DNA from: Amoebophrya sp. A120
Taxonomy: Eukaryota; Protista; Dinoflagellata
Assembly (NCBI GenBank): GCA_905178155.1
Contig: CAJINV010000002.1
Span: forward strand, 3,973,838 to 4,037,837
Reading direction: 5' to 3'
DNA: 64,000 nt
Made by a program: the position numbers and the translations under genes
Shown here: one piece after another, positions 48,470 through 60,912 of the stretch
Numbering within the stretch: position 1 is the first letter of the stretch
Layout: each line of letters opens with the position of its first letter
Notes under the pieces: model-generated
What the model was told of the DNA's origin: nothing
Databases searched by the model: none
Seen by the model: only the letters and a program-made list of their open reading frames with translations

Positions 48470-49388
48470 TAGATAAGTAGATAAACTAGGACACGATAAG
48501 CTATCCGAGAATGGAAAGTTCTTTGATGATATCATGTCACACAACTACATCACCAGGGCACAATTTAGTAAGTCAAAAGTGTCAAACTGCTCAAACAGGC
48601 GTACACCACTAAGTACGGACGAAAAGAAAAATGATTATGCCACGAAAATGGCCTCCTCTGGGCACAAACACGCAAATTGTACGAACCATGAACAGGTGTA
48701 TTGGACGAACTTACCGGCTTTGCTAGCCTAGAAAACGGGGACGGTGACTTGTTGCTAGTGTCCCTCACCCGGTGCGCAGCGAGTCGCAATTGAGTTTTTC
48801 TGTTCTTTTTGAGAACGCAAGTTATGCGCTTCTGCACTGCTTGCTACCTAGCTCCGGCAGCCGTGCGTATAAATTTCCACCTGCATCTGCTCGCGATATC
48901 ATTATTAACTTGATCGAGCACAACAAACGCAGCGCCGCTTGAAAGGTCTCTAGGTATACAACGAATGTCCTTTTTGGCCTGCAATCACTGTTTGAAGATC
49001 GACCAAGCGGCTGTGGCGCAGCAGTTTCTTCGGTGCATCATGATCTATCATTGTACGGAGCTTGATCTTGCGGCGTTTTTCTGTTTTCAGATCTTCATCC
49101 GCGTTGCGATAACTGGAAGTTTTCGCCTTTTGGGCGGCGATGTGTGGATTTGAGTAGTTTGTTGACTTTTTTTTTGTGCATCATCAGGGATAGGAAGAAC
49201 AAGTAGACTCTCTCACTTTTTTAGTGAAGCCAAATTCGGTACTCCATCAGTTCTGCTATCTCGTAAGTGTGTACTTGACTGCGGTCGTGCTCAATTTTTT
49301 GCAATTGCACCTAGCCTAGAAAAATTTTTATTTTACACGTTTATAAATTTGGATTTCGGTTTCATACAACTACATTTTGCCATCCAAG

Positions 49389-51123
49389 ATGATGTTCCAC
49401 TCGCGAAAATCCCCAAAATGCCCGCGGCACCCCACATTGGCGGCAGCATCAAAGCGGTCCTCCTCCCAACACCGCATGTTGACGTTTCGACCGGTGCAGC
49501 TTCGGCTCCTATCGTCGACGGCGCTCCTCTACAGCTTCTTCGCAACTTCTCCCGTCGTGCAGGCTATCGCGTCGACAAACACAGACTATCAGCTGCGTAA
49601 CAATTTCCAGACGAGTGAGGCGAGTTTCTTGCGGAACAGCACGCTCGCAAATTTTGACGGCAAGAACCTACTGAATTCGGCATCACCTTCGAGCTACCAA
49701 AAAATTCGAGTAGGACCTCAGCAGGTCGTCCAAGAACCAGCCCAAACTTCTTTTCTCGGCCTTCCGAAGCGGCCCGATCATCTCATCCCTAGTTCTCTCA
49801 AATACCCCATCATCACCGGGTTCGCCGCGTCTATCTATGGCTTGGTGAACGCCCGCCGGGAGCAGATGCGCCGGCGGGAAAACCGGCTGAAAAGGCGGGA
49901 GCAAACACGACGGAACAGATACAATTTCCTGACAGGAGCAGCTGGAGCCCCTACAGCCCCCGCGCCGCCGGGCGCCGGTGACCTTACTGGCATGGTTTTC
50001 TATCCTCGCGGCGCGCGGGGCGCACTGTGGAACCCGTTTTTTCACGAAAATTATAACAACCTCCTCGCGCGCGGTAGTGGACATACACATAACGCAGTAC
50101 ACGGAGTCGCAGAGCCCCGAAGGATCAACATGCGGGATTTTCTGACCGCTTCCAACGCATCCTCCACCACCTCGGCGTCTGCCTCAAACTTGGTTTTATC
50201 CAGCTCTTCACCGCCATCCCGGTCTCGAACCATCTCGGGGTCCTCGGCCGGGTCGGCTTATTCCGAGGACGTCGGAGGTTTGTTCAGTGGTGGTGGTGGT
50301 GCGGCTGCTGGGAGTAGTACTAGCCCTGCTGGAGCTTTTGACAATACTTCTCTGCGTCTACTTCTGCCTGGAGCAGTTGGTAGTTCTGTAAGCAGTAAGA
50401 CACAAAAATCTGCAGTCCAACCGTTTGAAAGGAACTATCACACCGCGGCAGGAACAGCAAGCTCCCTTGAGCAGCAGCAGCAGCAACATCCGACGTACTA
50501 CAACGTCCACCACCACCCGGGGCCGACTACTTTTCCCGGTGTGGAACAACATCAGAAGAAGCACGGTTGCGACTTTGCAGCTCATCGTAGTACTACAACT
50601 GGAGGACAGCAAGACGGAATCCTCGATAGTAGAAACGACAGCAGCGGGGCCCATAGCCGAAGCAATTCCATGGAAGTAGATGTCAACACGACGATGCTGC
50701 ACCCTCCTCCCTCCTCTTCCGCTGGAGCCTCCCGCAGCTCGTGCACATTCGTGTCTGCGGACGGAGGGGGCTCTAGTGCGGCAACACTGCCAGAACAGCA
50801 AATGAATTTTCGTGCCGCAGCCGGAGCCGCGACTTCTTTCGCGACGGCGCAGAATGAGGAAGATGACGGGAGGACCTTGCAAGTAGAAGCCAGAACGCCT
50901 GCGACCAACAGCTTTCATTCCGTGCAAGAAGGAGGAGGTGGCACTCCTGTAGTACAACAAGCAGGAGGTGCTTATGCGCACGCAGGAAGGAGCTCTTTCG
51001 AAGATTTTTCCGAGTCGTTAGCCATAGCGGGGCTCGATGTGGTTGTTGCTCCACCTCCGCTGCCAGTCTTGCAAGATGTTTTCGCAGGAGATGTTCCAGG
51101 TGGTGGCTTCTACTCCGAGCGGG

Positions 51124-51155
<32 letters not shown>

Positions 51156-51479
51156 GGGTCTCACGCAGATTTCATGGACGATGAGGACCACATCGAACAC
51201 AGCAGGGGTATCAACAGGAACCGTGAAATGTTTTACGGCGAGGACAGTGTGCCGTGGTTTCACCATCTGCTGCGAATCAACGACATCTCAGTGCCAACTA
51301 CGGGAAGTAGAACGACATCAGCAGGTGCAAGTAGAGGACCAACAACTACTGCAGGGTCATCAACTACTGGAACTGCTGCTGCTGCTGCTGCTGCCACTCC
51401 CGAAACCTCGGCCGCGGCGACCATGCGGAGTTTCACCAATGCAGCGAGCTATTCGTACAGCTGTTTACCCCCCTGTTGA
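49389..51479 (+). CDS. Intronless ~696-aa low-complexity protein with a signal-like and a second hydrophobic segment; function unknown
   Basis: Single long ORF; hydrophobic stretches LLSSTALLYSFFATSPVVQA and YPIITGFAASIYGLV; S/G/A/D-rich remainder; ends LPPC*. Confidence 0.75.
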
Positions 51480-52539
51480 TGTGGACTTAGGTGGATAATC
51501 AGGGATGGAATGCAACTACTAGAGGAGAAAATGCAGTGTATGTTCAAGGTCTTCATGTTGAGGTAGAAGTACTAGTAGAACTAGAACGTCGGGGCTTTCG
51601 TGCTATAGGTTTCTTCACGAGAAGATGAGAATGACGAGGGATGGTGCAGCAGCACCCCTCGAAATGCAAATGCACACAGGAAATCATGCTTCTAAGGAGA
51701 AGTTTTTGATGTCGATATAGATGTGAATGCATTCAGATTGAATCTCTTCAATGAAAGACGAAGAATATTAGTACGTCGAAAATGTTTGTTTCTACTCCGC
51801 AGCAAAATGTACTTTTCCCCTTGCTTTTCTAGTACGGGCACCGGTACGCACGTTCGTTGTTCGCAGCATTTCGTACCACTGTTCTCCTTTTTCATGGTCG
51901 TAGAAATCCCCACGTAGTTTTCCGCAAGATGAAGGTGGCATTGACTTGTAGCATGGAAAGCATGTTAGATACATTTTTTGCTTATTGCACATCTTTAGGT
52001 GCAAGAGCTAGAGCATGAACTAAACCCCGTCCTCGTCCACTCAATCTACCTCCCCTTTCGGCTTACAAAGGAAACTGAAGAACTTCGTCCTCGTTGTACA
52101 TCAAAGAAGCACAAACCAGAAATCATGCTGTCGGTATGATATTTGCATTCCAAATATTGAAGATTTTCGGCGCTGCTCCTTCGCTATCGTCCAAAAGGAA
52201 AAAAAAATGAATTGCGTGCACCGTCGTGGGTCGTACATCGTCCTCTCGTTCTTCTCCGTAGATCGGTTGCGTTTTTATGGAAAATAACATTTTGAACGTA
52301 CAATGAAACGTACCTATCGGTCGTCATTCGTCCATCAAGCTGTTCGTCCACACGACCGTCGTACCACAACTATCATAGCTTGCTACAAGAAGCGATTTTT
52401 ATATACGGTTATTTTCATGATGCGTGTATGATGATAGATGACTTTGACGACTTCACCTATGTTGATTCCGACAACGTTTATTCCAGGTTAACAACCCAAT
52501 CTGTGAACAAGACTTCGAGTTCTTACACTCTAAACACCA

Positions 52540-52674
52540 CCACTACTCCTCGTTTTTTTCTCTCGAGAAATCAACAACTCCGACTTTTCTGTCTTCTGAC
52601 AACAACCACTACTGCTCCTCGTTTTTTTCTCTCGAGAAATCAACAACTCCGACTTTTCTGTCTTCTGACAACAA
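52540..52674 (+). repeat. Tandem duplication of a ~69-bp unit upstream of the 52813 gene
   Basis: CTCCTCGTTTTTTTCTCTCGAGAAATCAACAACTCCGACTTTTCTGTCTTCTGACAACAA occurs twice. Confidence 0.85.
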
Positions 52675-52812
52675 AAGTTTTCAACATCAACTGCGCTCAA
52701 CAAGTTAAAGCATCTGCTTAAGCTTGTTGCAAAACCAAGAACTTTTTCGTTCCCCCTACAACCAGTTCTAAAACCACTGTTCGCGTTCTCGCAAACACAC
52801 AACCCCATCAAA

Positions 52813-55800
52813 ATGGTTCTCACTGCCCAGAAGCTTCGCATCGCGGCTTTGGCCGCCGTTGCGCTCGAAGACCAGCGGACCCTGCACGCCTGGGCCGCGG
52901 CTTTGACGCGTGGCCGTCAAACGACCTCTCTCCGCCACGGCCGTGGGTCGCTGTTGCGTGAGTCCCGCGCCCGTCGCGAGCAGCTGGCCTCCGAATTCAT
53001 CCTGGTCAAAAAGCACACGAAGGCGCTAGAGGCGGGCGCTCTGACTGACCTGAAGACCGCGGTTGCGGCCGCTATGGATACACGCGATCAGACGGATGAC
53101 GCTAATGCGACGGATGACGAGAAAACCACTGCCGATGCTGATCTGCTCGCTGCTGTGACAACTGCAGTTGACGCCGCGTACCAGGCTGCGATCGACGCTA
53201 AGCAGATCACGGAGGCCGTCCCCGCCGAAGTGACACAACACATCACCGACATTATTACTGCCCGGGTTGCTGGCGAGGCCGGCGGCGGCGCGGCAGTCAC
53301 CGCTGCCATCGACGCGCTGTCCGCTTCGATTCCGGATGTTGTTGCACAACCCACGACGCTGGCCGAACAGTATCCAGGGGAAAAGTGCACCAGATGGTAG
53401 TTTTCACAAGTACTTAAGTGTTCATCCTGGCTGTGGAGGTGTTGCTGGATACGACTAGCACTATGTAAAATTGTGAATTTCAATATAGAATTATCGGTGC
53501 AAGGCGCACCCGCACGCGCAGGTCAGGACCAGGAGCTCGACGTGTACGCAGTTTGTCACCTGCTATGTAGTTCTGCTATATGGCCACTGACGCTATTGAT
53601 TTACATGTTCAGCATGTCGCGCTTTTACTTTTTTATAGATACTGTATCAGGATGCATGAGCATGTTGCAATCTTCTGTCCAGCACTACTTACAGGAGACA
53701 GAGACAGTGACACAGACAGACGACAGTGGCTACTCTTGTCAGCAACCGGTGCAAAAAATAAAAAACTAAAGTCTCTGCTTTCGCATTTTCCGGATTTCAT
53801 ACTTGAAAAAAGGATTTATACATTTAGATATGTTCTTGGAAGTGGAACTAGAGCATCGGTGCACTTTTGCTCTGGACAGCCCTGCTGACACTCTCGCGAC
53901 CACGATTGTGGATGCCGGCACCGACGATACGGCGGGTGCGGTCACCGCCGCGGTGGGAACGGCCTTAGACTCCCTCGTCGACAAGGAAATCGATGGCACT
54001 ACAATCACCCAAGAAATGGTCGACGCCGCCAAGGCTGACGTCGTTACCGCAGCGACCACCGCTAATGCAGACGCAGGCGCTATTTCAACGGCGATCCAAA
54101 CTGCCGTCCAAACGGCCATTGACGATGCTGCAACTGCGGCACCAACTTTTACGCCGACGGCGGACCCTACCAGCACGGCTTTGGTGAAGGACTTTGTCAC
54201 CGGCAATACCGAAACTGAACTTGATGACATCAAGACCGCACTGGGATCGGTTCTGTCTGTATCATAAGGAAGAATTCCCTCACTCCGTAGTTGTACTCGA
54301 AGTACAGATCATCTTAGGTGCAGCACCAGCACATGATGCTGCGTGATGTGGTACGCAATTGCAATGAGGCAGGGTTCTTCATTCATTTCGTATACGATGC
54401 ATAAACTATTTCGCTTGCCTGTTTATCGTTTTTTAGTTAGAGCCACGGGCGCAGCATGTCTGTGTAATAGGCGGGACTAGAAGAGTCGAGCTGCTATTAG
54501 CAATCTGGGACGTCGAGACGTCTCTTTTACATTAACTATAGCCGCAAGTAATTATGACGAAGACAAAGACTAGAGAAAAAGAAATGATCGCAATCGCTGT
54601 TTTTCTTTTTGTTTTTACAAAGTAAGACGAAGCGCCCGCCGCGCTCGTTTCCATTCATGCCGGACAGCAACCTCAGTCCTGCCCATCAAAACGCACAACT
54701 CGTGATGTAGTAGGTTAGATCGCGCAACAAGAACATCTATACATAGTTCATGGTTCTCGCAACGGTCTGCTTCGAGTAAATGCGGGGGGGGGGAGAGTTT
54801 TGCTAGTGACAGACCACGGCTGGCGTCCCCGCTGAGGCGGAAGGCTTGGACGACAAGATCACTACTCTCGCGGATTTGGTTAAAGCGGGTACCACCGTAT
54901 GCATCACAAATGATATGTCTGGGTCTGGAGCAGTAGTTTTGCCATAAGGTGAAGATGTGAGTAAAGCTGGATCATAGGAGGACAGTAGAAAAAGCTGTGT
55001 TGCGGATCAACAAGAAGAGCAAACACTTACAGTTGCACACCTTGTATGCTGTTCTCTTGGTGGTACGTACCTGTACGCAGTGAGCGATTTTGTAGTTTTT
55101 GAAAAGCGTACACCTACTTACTGTAAACTTGTAATGCTCTTGTGCGAATTTCAATTTTCGCACAAACCTTTACCTAAAAAACGCATCACAAACAAGCGCA
55201 CGTTTCCAGCTCTAGACATATTTGCAGTTGATACGCGGAGGGCGACGCCTATGAGGAGGCGGTCGACGCCCTGGCGCTGCTTGTGGACGCGGCTAAAAAA
55301 GCGGCGGCGGATGCTATCCTCAGTAAAAACGTGCATTCCAGCACTCCATGATATTGATTTGTCATGCAAATGACCTGCATGTTGATATGATGTTCCACAT
55401 GTGCATGTCGATTTTTCTACTCATGCGCAGTCCCATGAGGCATGCTTTCCAATGTTGCAGCTGTGGAATTCGACAATGCAGGAGCTGTGCCCTAATCAGG
55501 ATCGATAAGAGGGGCAACGCCAATCTATATCTGTGGCGCGGCTTTTAATATAGCCACGCACGACCACTTCTTCGCCTGCGTTGTCGAAATGTGAAGATGT
55601 CATGCGGAAATCACAAAGCTTTTGGATTTGTCTAGCAGATTCCCCATCTTGTTAGCTCTGGTGGGGTGCGGACGTTTTTACACAGGATAGTGGCGTCGAC
55701 CACGGACGCCCCGGTAAACGGCAGCGACGTTAACGCCACTATGCATTGCAAATATGTCTTGTCCTGGGTCTGAAACTGAATTATTAGCATGAATGCAAAT

Positions 55801-56172
55801 GTTCGGTCTGCAGGTTTCGCTTTATTCGCATCACCTTTCCAGAGGGCCGCTCCTCGGAATCAATGCGGGTTGTTCTAGCATCACAAATTCTATTGTTCAG
55901 AAGGTCTTTCCTCTTTGATCTTGATGCCTAGCTGTATCCTGCATGACCAATGTTGCCTCCTCGGGTGACGAAGAGTGGGCGCTTGTTTTGCTGTGTCCAC
56001 GACAAAAATGTACAGGTTTATTCTACTATGATGTGGTCCACCACCACCACGACCAGACCTAGCATCACAAAGAACTTGCCATCAAAGTCTTTCAGATGAG
56101 GACCCAGACACCTATTTGCAGTGGATAGTCACCACCACAGCTGCACCAGCGGCCGAAGCACCTTCCTGCTAA
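52813..56172 (+). CDS. Ala/Thr/Asp-rich helical secreted/surface-type protein (~391 aa); 5 degenerate introners
   Basis: Removing 5 elements leaves 1176 nt in frame, ending TTTAAPAAEAPSC*; paralog of the 60913 gene. Confidence 0.78.
53371..53878. mobile_element. Old introner (508 bp), TSD lost
   Basis: TATCCAGGGGAAAAGTGCACCAGATG / CATCGGTGCACTTTTGCTCTGGACA; also an in-frame GT..AG intron 53370-53879. Confidence 0.72.
54260..54811. mobile_element. Old introner (552 bp), TSD lost
   Basis: TATCATAAGGAAGAATTCCCTCACTCCG / CGGGGGGGGGGAGAGTTTTGCTAGTGACA; also an in-frame GT..AG intron 54259-54812. Confidence 0.68.
54898..55233. mobile_element. Degenerate introner family A (336 bp)
   Basis: TSD CACCG/CGCGG; the paralogous site at ~62803 is empty. 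Confidence 0.8.
55315..55689. mobile_element. Degenerate introner family C (375 bp)
   Basis: TSD GATGC/GTGGC; duplicated at 62882. Confidence 0.82.
55740..56127. mobile_element. Degenerate introner family A (388 bp)
   Basis: TSD GCCAC/GTCAC; duplicated at 63270. Confidence 0.82.
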
Positions 56173-56930
56173 GCGGTGGAGCACGAATTATTTCATCAGG
56201 AACAAGAAGCTGTGGAAGTAAATGAAACGGAGGCCTCCTCGTGTGGTCGCAGCATTTTCCACAAGGTACCTAATTCATTCCCAATCTAGGGGGCATCGCA
56301 TTCGAGACACCAAATTCTAAGCATCACACATCACATAGGACTAGGTCGCGCAGTCAGACCAGCGCGAACCTCGTGAGGGCCGGAATGGGTTAACCACCTC
56401 TGTGGCCCCATTTTTGTTCTCCCGTGGCCAGCCCCTGCCTACAAAAATGGTCTACGCCGTGGGAGTGCAGGAAGGGGACACACAGCCGTTGCCAACGCCA
56501 ATGCCCGCCACGCCCATAACGATGCACGACCTGGAAAGAAGATGAAGATGGCGCGCACGCATGCTAGAGAAGCATGCGCGGCTTATTCTCGCTCACCTCT
56601 TTTTTATGTTCACACACTAGAAAGGCACATCCTGACGTCTATGATGCGAATATGTAGAATCTAGCGGGCTCGTAGCCCCTCTCTCCGGCGACGTGGTGGC
56701 CGAGCAAGCTATGTGGGGGCACTCGCCTCTCGTAGCGAGCCGTCACCACTCGCTAGCGACCTCTGTTGGGGAGGGTCCGGGACTTGTTGCAGCCTCTGTT
56801 GCACCCGGCGTTGATACCTCTTTGCGCAGTGCTGGAGCACGGTTCGACCCACGTCTGTGGGCGGACAAGTGGGACGTCCCGCAGCCACCTCTGTGGCGCG
56901 GGCGTTGCGGTGCGGTCCCTGTTGCGCGCC

Positions 56931-57014
56931 CCGCGACTGCATTTAGTTGTACATAGGACGCTGCGACACTGCATTTAGTTGTACATAGGACGACTGCATT
57001 TAGTTGTACATAGG
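56931..57014 (+). repeat. Short tandem repeat ACTGCATTTAGTTGTACATAGG x3, with a fourth copy at ~58126-58163
   Basis: Directly visible exact copies. Confidence 0.8.
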
Positions 57015-58448
57015 TTTTGTGTTTCACTCTATATGCGTGGCGTGATCTCTCATGATGTCGTCCGGGCAGCAGAGCTCTTGATGGCAAGTCGGCCCGCCTC
57101 ATCCTTGGATTAAGGTACGGAGGTGAAGAATGCAGCGCCCTTGCCTCTTATCTTCCTCTGCTCGAGATATTTTTCCTACCAGTGTGTAACTATTCTCCAA
57201 GCCAGGAGGTAGCAGCATGGACGGCACGTAATGGAGCGAACACAAGACACGACAAACATGCAAATTCTTGAGCAGAGATTTGGGCGCAGGCACTGTTTTC
57301 TTCACTTGTGTGCATAGGATCAACTCTGGTCCTCCAGAGTGTCTGCGTTCGCAGCGTGGTGTCCTGATCTCATTCCGGCACTCCTCGTCTGTCCTATCTG
57401 ACTGCCTCCCTCTTCCTCCTCACTAGTACACTTTAGGGTGGTGAGAAGATCGCATCTCCTCGTACTATCGTTGTGGTAGAGCAACTCGAACATCGTCTAT
57501 CCCGCAACACGTTTCACAACTCATTCTGACCGATGACCGGTTCCCAGTCTCCTTCTTTTCATGTTCATTTTCATATCAATACTTTCCATCATGTTCATTT
57601 TGCATCTGAAGCTCCAAAAACAAATTATACACCTAACAAAAAATATCAAGTACTATCGCCCTTGCAGTACAACCAGTTGCATTTATACGAATCGGAGAAA
57701 TTCATTCTCCGAAACGTGAAAAATGAAAACTGTCAAACGGATTCAGAGACCGCAGCACACTTCTGTCATGCATGAAATTTTGCAACTAGTGTAGTACGAG
57801 CTAATTCGATACTTTTACACTGGATATCCCGTAGTTGCCCCCAAACCCGCTCATTGTGCTGTGCAACCCGAAGTTCTTCGGTTTGAACTTAAACGGCTTC
57901 ATGTGCTTGGTTTGGTTCTTGGCATGGATTGGTGGGAGGTTTGTTTTCGCCTGCGCCTGGTCATGGTGTGTGCTTTCGTGGTGTCGGTCTGTATCGTGGT
58001 TGTCTGACACCGTGGACTGGTTCCCGCCCGTGCGATAGAATGTGCTTGTCGGCGCTTGCTCGATGCTGTTCGTGTGCAGTGGCACCGTGCGCTCTGGGAC
58101 CTCTTCGAAGTAGGGGGAAAGCAACCCGCGACTGCATTTAGTTGTACATAGGACGCTGCGACAAAGCAGCACGGATACACTTTTCTACAGAACCCTAGTC
58201 CGCCACTGAGAAGGGTGTGGCCTTGACCTTTTGTTAAGAACATTCGGACTAGAGCTGCGACCCCATGCGGCCGCAGAGCTGCGGGGATTTGGGAATTTGT
58301 GTTCGCCTCACGATGACCAAAATGCTACCCAAATCACATCATGGATCAGGTATCAACAGGGCGGAAGCTGTGGAAGTAAACGAAACGGAGGCCTCGTCGT
58401 GTGGTCGCAGCATTTTTCCAGAAAACGTTTTTTCACCGATAATTACAT

Positions 58449-58724
58449 TATCCTGTGCAAAAGTATCTTATACTCGTACTAAAGTTTTGCAGTGAGTTGT
58501 TCCACTTCTACGTACTGCATGACAATAAAGCTGCGTCAGTGGTCACGGTTCTCCAATTTAGCATTGTAGGCAGCATTTTCTTCCCCCCTGAGATTTTTTG
58601 TCATGCGATAAGTACTTGATAGCAGTAGCACCAGGACCACTCAGTGTAATATCCACATCCAGGAGAGGACCACTCACTGTCACCCGATTAGTACGAAGGA
58701 GGTACGACTTTGCATCAATGCATA
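58449..58724. mobile_element. Family-B introner remnant outside any called gene
   Basis: TATCCTGTGCAAAAGTATCTTATACTCGTAC...TTTGCATCAATGCATA; no TSD. Another B-type right end lies at ~57795-57826. Confidence 0.45.
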
Positions 58725-60912
58725 ACCGATCACGACGAAGGACGACTTCCGCACGGAAAAAAAGGAGAAGACCACCACGTGAGCATCTACGTCTAAAGAA
58801 AACTGCTTTTCTCATATGAATTTTACTTAATGTTTAACTTTAACTTTAGTACAAATTTACAACCAAAGCGCCTCACTTCTCTCGTTCTTTCACGAAGATT
58901 TACAATAATTTCATTTTTCACCGTTTTTAGCAAGAATTTATTTGACTGTCATCACTTCACATGATCTAATATTTTTCAGAAGCATATGTCACAACATCAG
59001 TTTCGTCGAGGAAGTCAACTGTTTTTAATTTCCAAGTTTAACGTTATTTTCCAATGTGATTCACAACTCAGCGTTTAGAAGTTTAAGTTTTACAACATAC
59101 TCAACATGGTCCAGCACATCGGACGAAAATTTTTTGTTTCCATGATTTCAGATCCATTTTTAGCACATCATATTCTTTCAAGTAGTAGTTCCCCTAACGT
59201 ACATTAAATATTTTTCCCCCCCGGTCGTCCTCGTGGCCCTTCCGCTCTGCCTGTGGCTCCCTCTGGAGCAGCTTCGGAGTAAGTAGCTAGAAGTAGTAGA
59301 GCATCGATTTGATGTTCTCCACCTCTACTACAACTCCTGCTGCGCACTAAAAAAATCGCAGGTAGACAAGAAGGCCTGGAAGGGTCCAAGAGGCAAGCCG
59401 CAAACTTCTCGTGATTGCTTTTAACAATCCTCTTCAAATGCTTGTTTCAGCGCGATAATTATCGGATCCCGATAAATACTTAAGAACTAGGAAGAAAAAT
59501 AAAAAAAAGTCCAAGTAAGAATACAAATAGTATAGCTGTACCCCAGTTTTTACTATCAGTTTCTGTTTCACTCCTTGAACTTTATCCCTGTTTCACTACT
59601 AGTTTCCCAAGAACGGAGGTGGCTGTTGCAACATAAAGCAAGCTCGACGGAACAACGTACAAAATTACGACTAGAAGAGGTACTAGTCGAGAGCGACTTC
59701 TTGTTGTGTACAAATCGTCATTCACAGGCTTGTACGTACGCTAGATCTACTTCATGTAGCGGGGAATAGAAAGAAAGGATGAACATACGCCGTGCCCAAC
59801 CAGGCATAAACATCATAAATAATTTCGTCCACGCGCCGGCCGGGCGAGACTGAGGCTGAGACACCAAAAGCGCCGCCCGAAGTCATATGCTACAAGAACT
59901 CTAGCGGCCGTTAGAAATTTGCGGATCCCGTAATTTTCTGTTGCAACATCATGCTGCTGAACATGAAATAAATTTTTTCCCCCAAAACTACTATTTTAGA
60001 AAAAAGTAAAAAAACATCGCGGCAACGGCAAGCAGTACAAGTGCAACACGTTGTAGTACGAGAGCTGCTTTTAGTCCGTTTGCTTCTCGTTGTGCACCAG
60101 CAGCGACCTGTTCCTCCCTGTTTGATATTTCCGGACGGGGGAGGTGCAGCTGCTGGAGCGTTCTGTTCTCGACTGTGGTGTGTAGTTGTTCAGATCTTCA
60201 AAGTCATATTCGTCCGCCTCTCGTTCGATGGAACTACTACAAGCAGGTCGTTTATTTTCCTCGTTTCGCTACACTATTCATCGTTCACATCTCTATAACT
60301 TCTACGCTCAGCGATTCGTTCTCGCGTCGTTTGTTTCTTTGTTCAAGTTCGTGGATAGTTTGAAATTTTCGTTCGTCCGCATGACAAAAGTCGTTTTTTT
60401 GCGTAATGCATTATGGCAGCACATCAAACCCGCAGCACGGTGTTTAGAACACTTTATTTGCATATGATTATCGTAAAAATGTTTCGAGAATAAAGGGTTG
60501 CACTTGCTGCTGGAGCGATGAATTTCTTGCCGATTTACACATTGTCTTGTCCCGATAGTTGTACTTACTCTACGTGGTATTTTGATTTATTAATGTGAAC
60601 AGGTTATGTGTTGCGCTTGCGACGAAGTTTCAGTTTGGTAGGTATCGATTTATCATCCCGTATGGATAATTCGCACTTCCCTGCAGATCTGTAACCAACG
60701 CCTCTATAACAAACTCCCTGTAAGAAGAATCGGAGGAGGAATCTTGCTTATTCCTCGTCCCAGCTCCTAGGAAACTGCTTCACACGTCAACATAAAACTT
60801 TCAAGCATAAAACTACGGATCGCAACGAACAGTACAACTACAAGTACATCATCGCAGCACGACGACGAAGTAGTCCACGACGTCGCGAGAACAACAACAA
60901 CAACCTTCAATC

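Noticed and set aside
56270-56393. piggyBac-like MITE (CTAA|TTCATTCCC...GGAATGGG|TTAA)
   Set aside because: The left terminus and TTAA are imperfect, and the only other copy is part of the segmental duplication; the evidence is insufficient.
56931-57014. Mini CRISPR array
   Set aside because: Only three copies with 2-10 nt spacers; a simple tandem repeat.
57801-58172. Minus-strand gene fragment (…KPFKFKPKNFGLHSTMSGFGGNYG) next to family-B ends
   Set aside because: I could not find matching TSDs or extend a consistent spliced frame; left unresolved.
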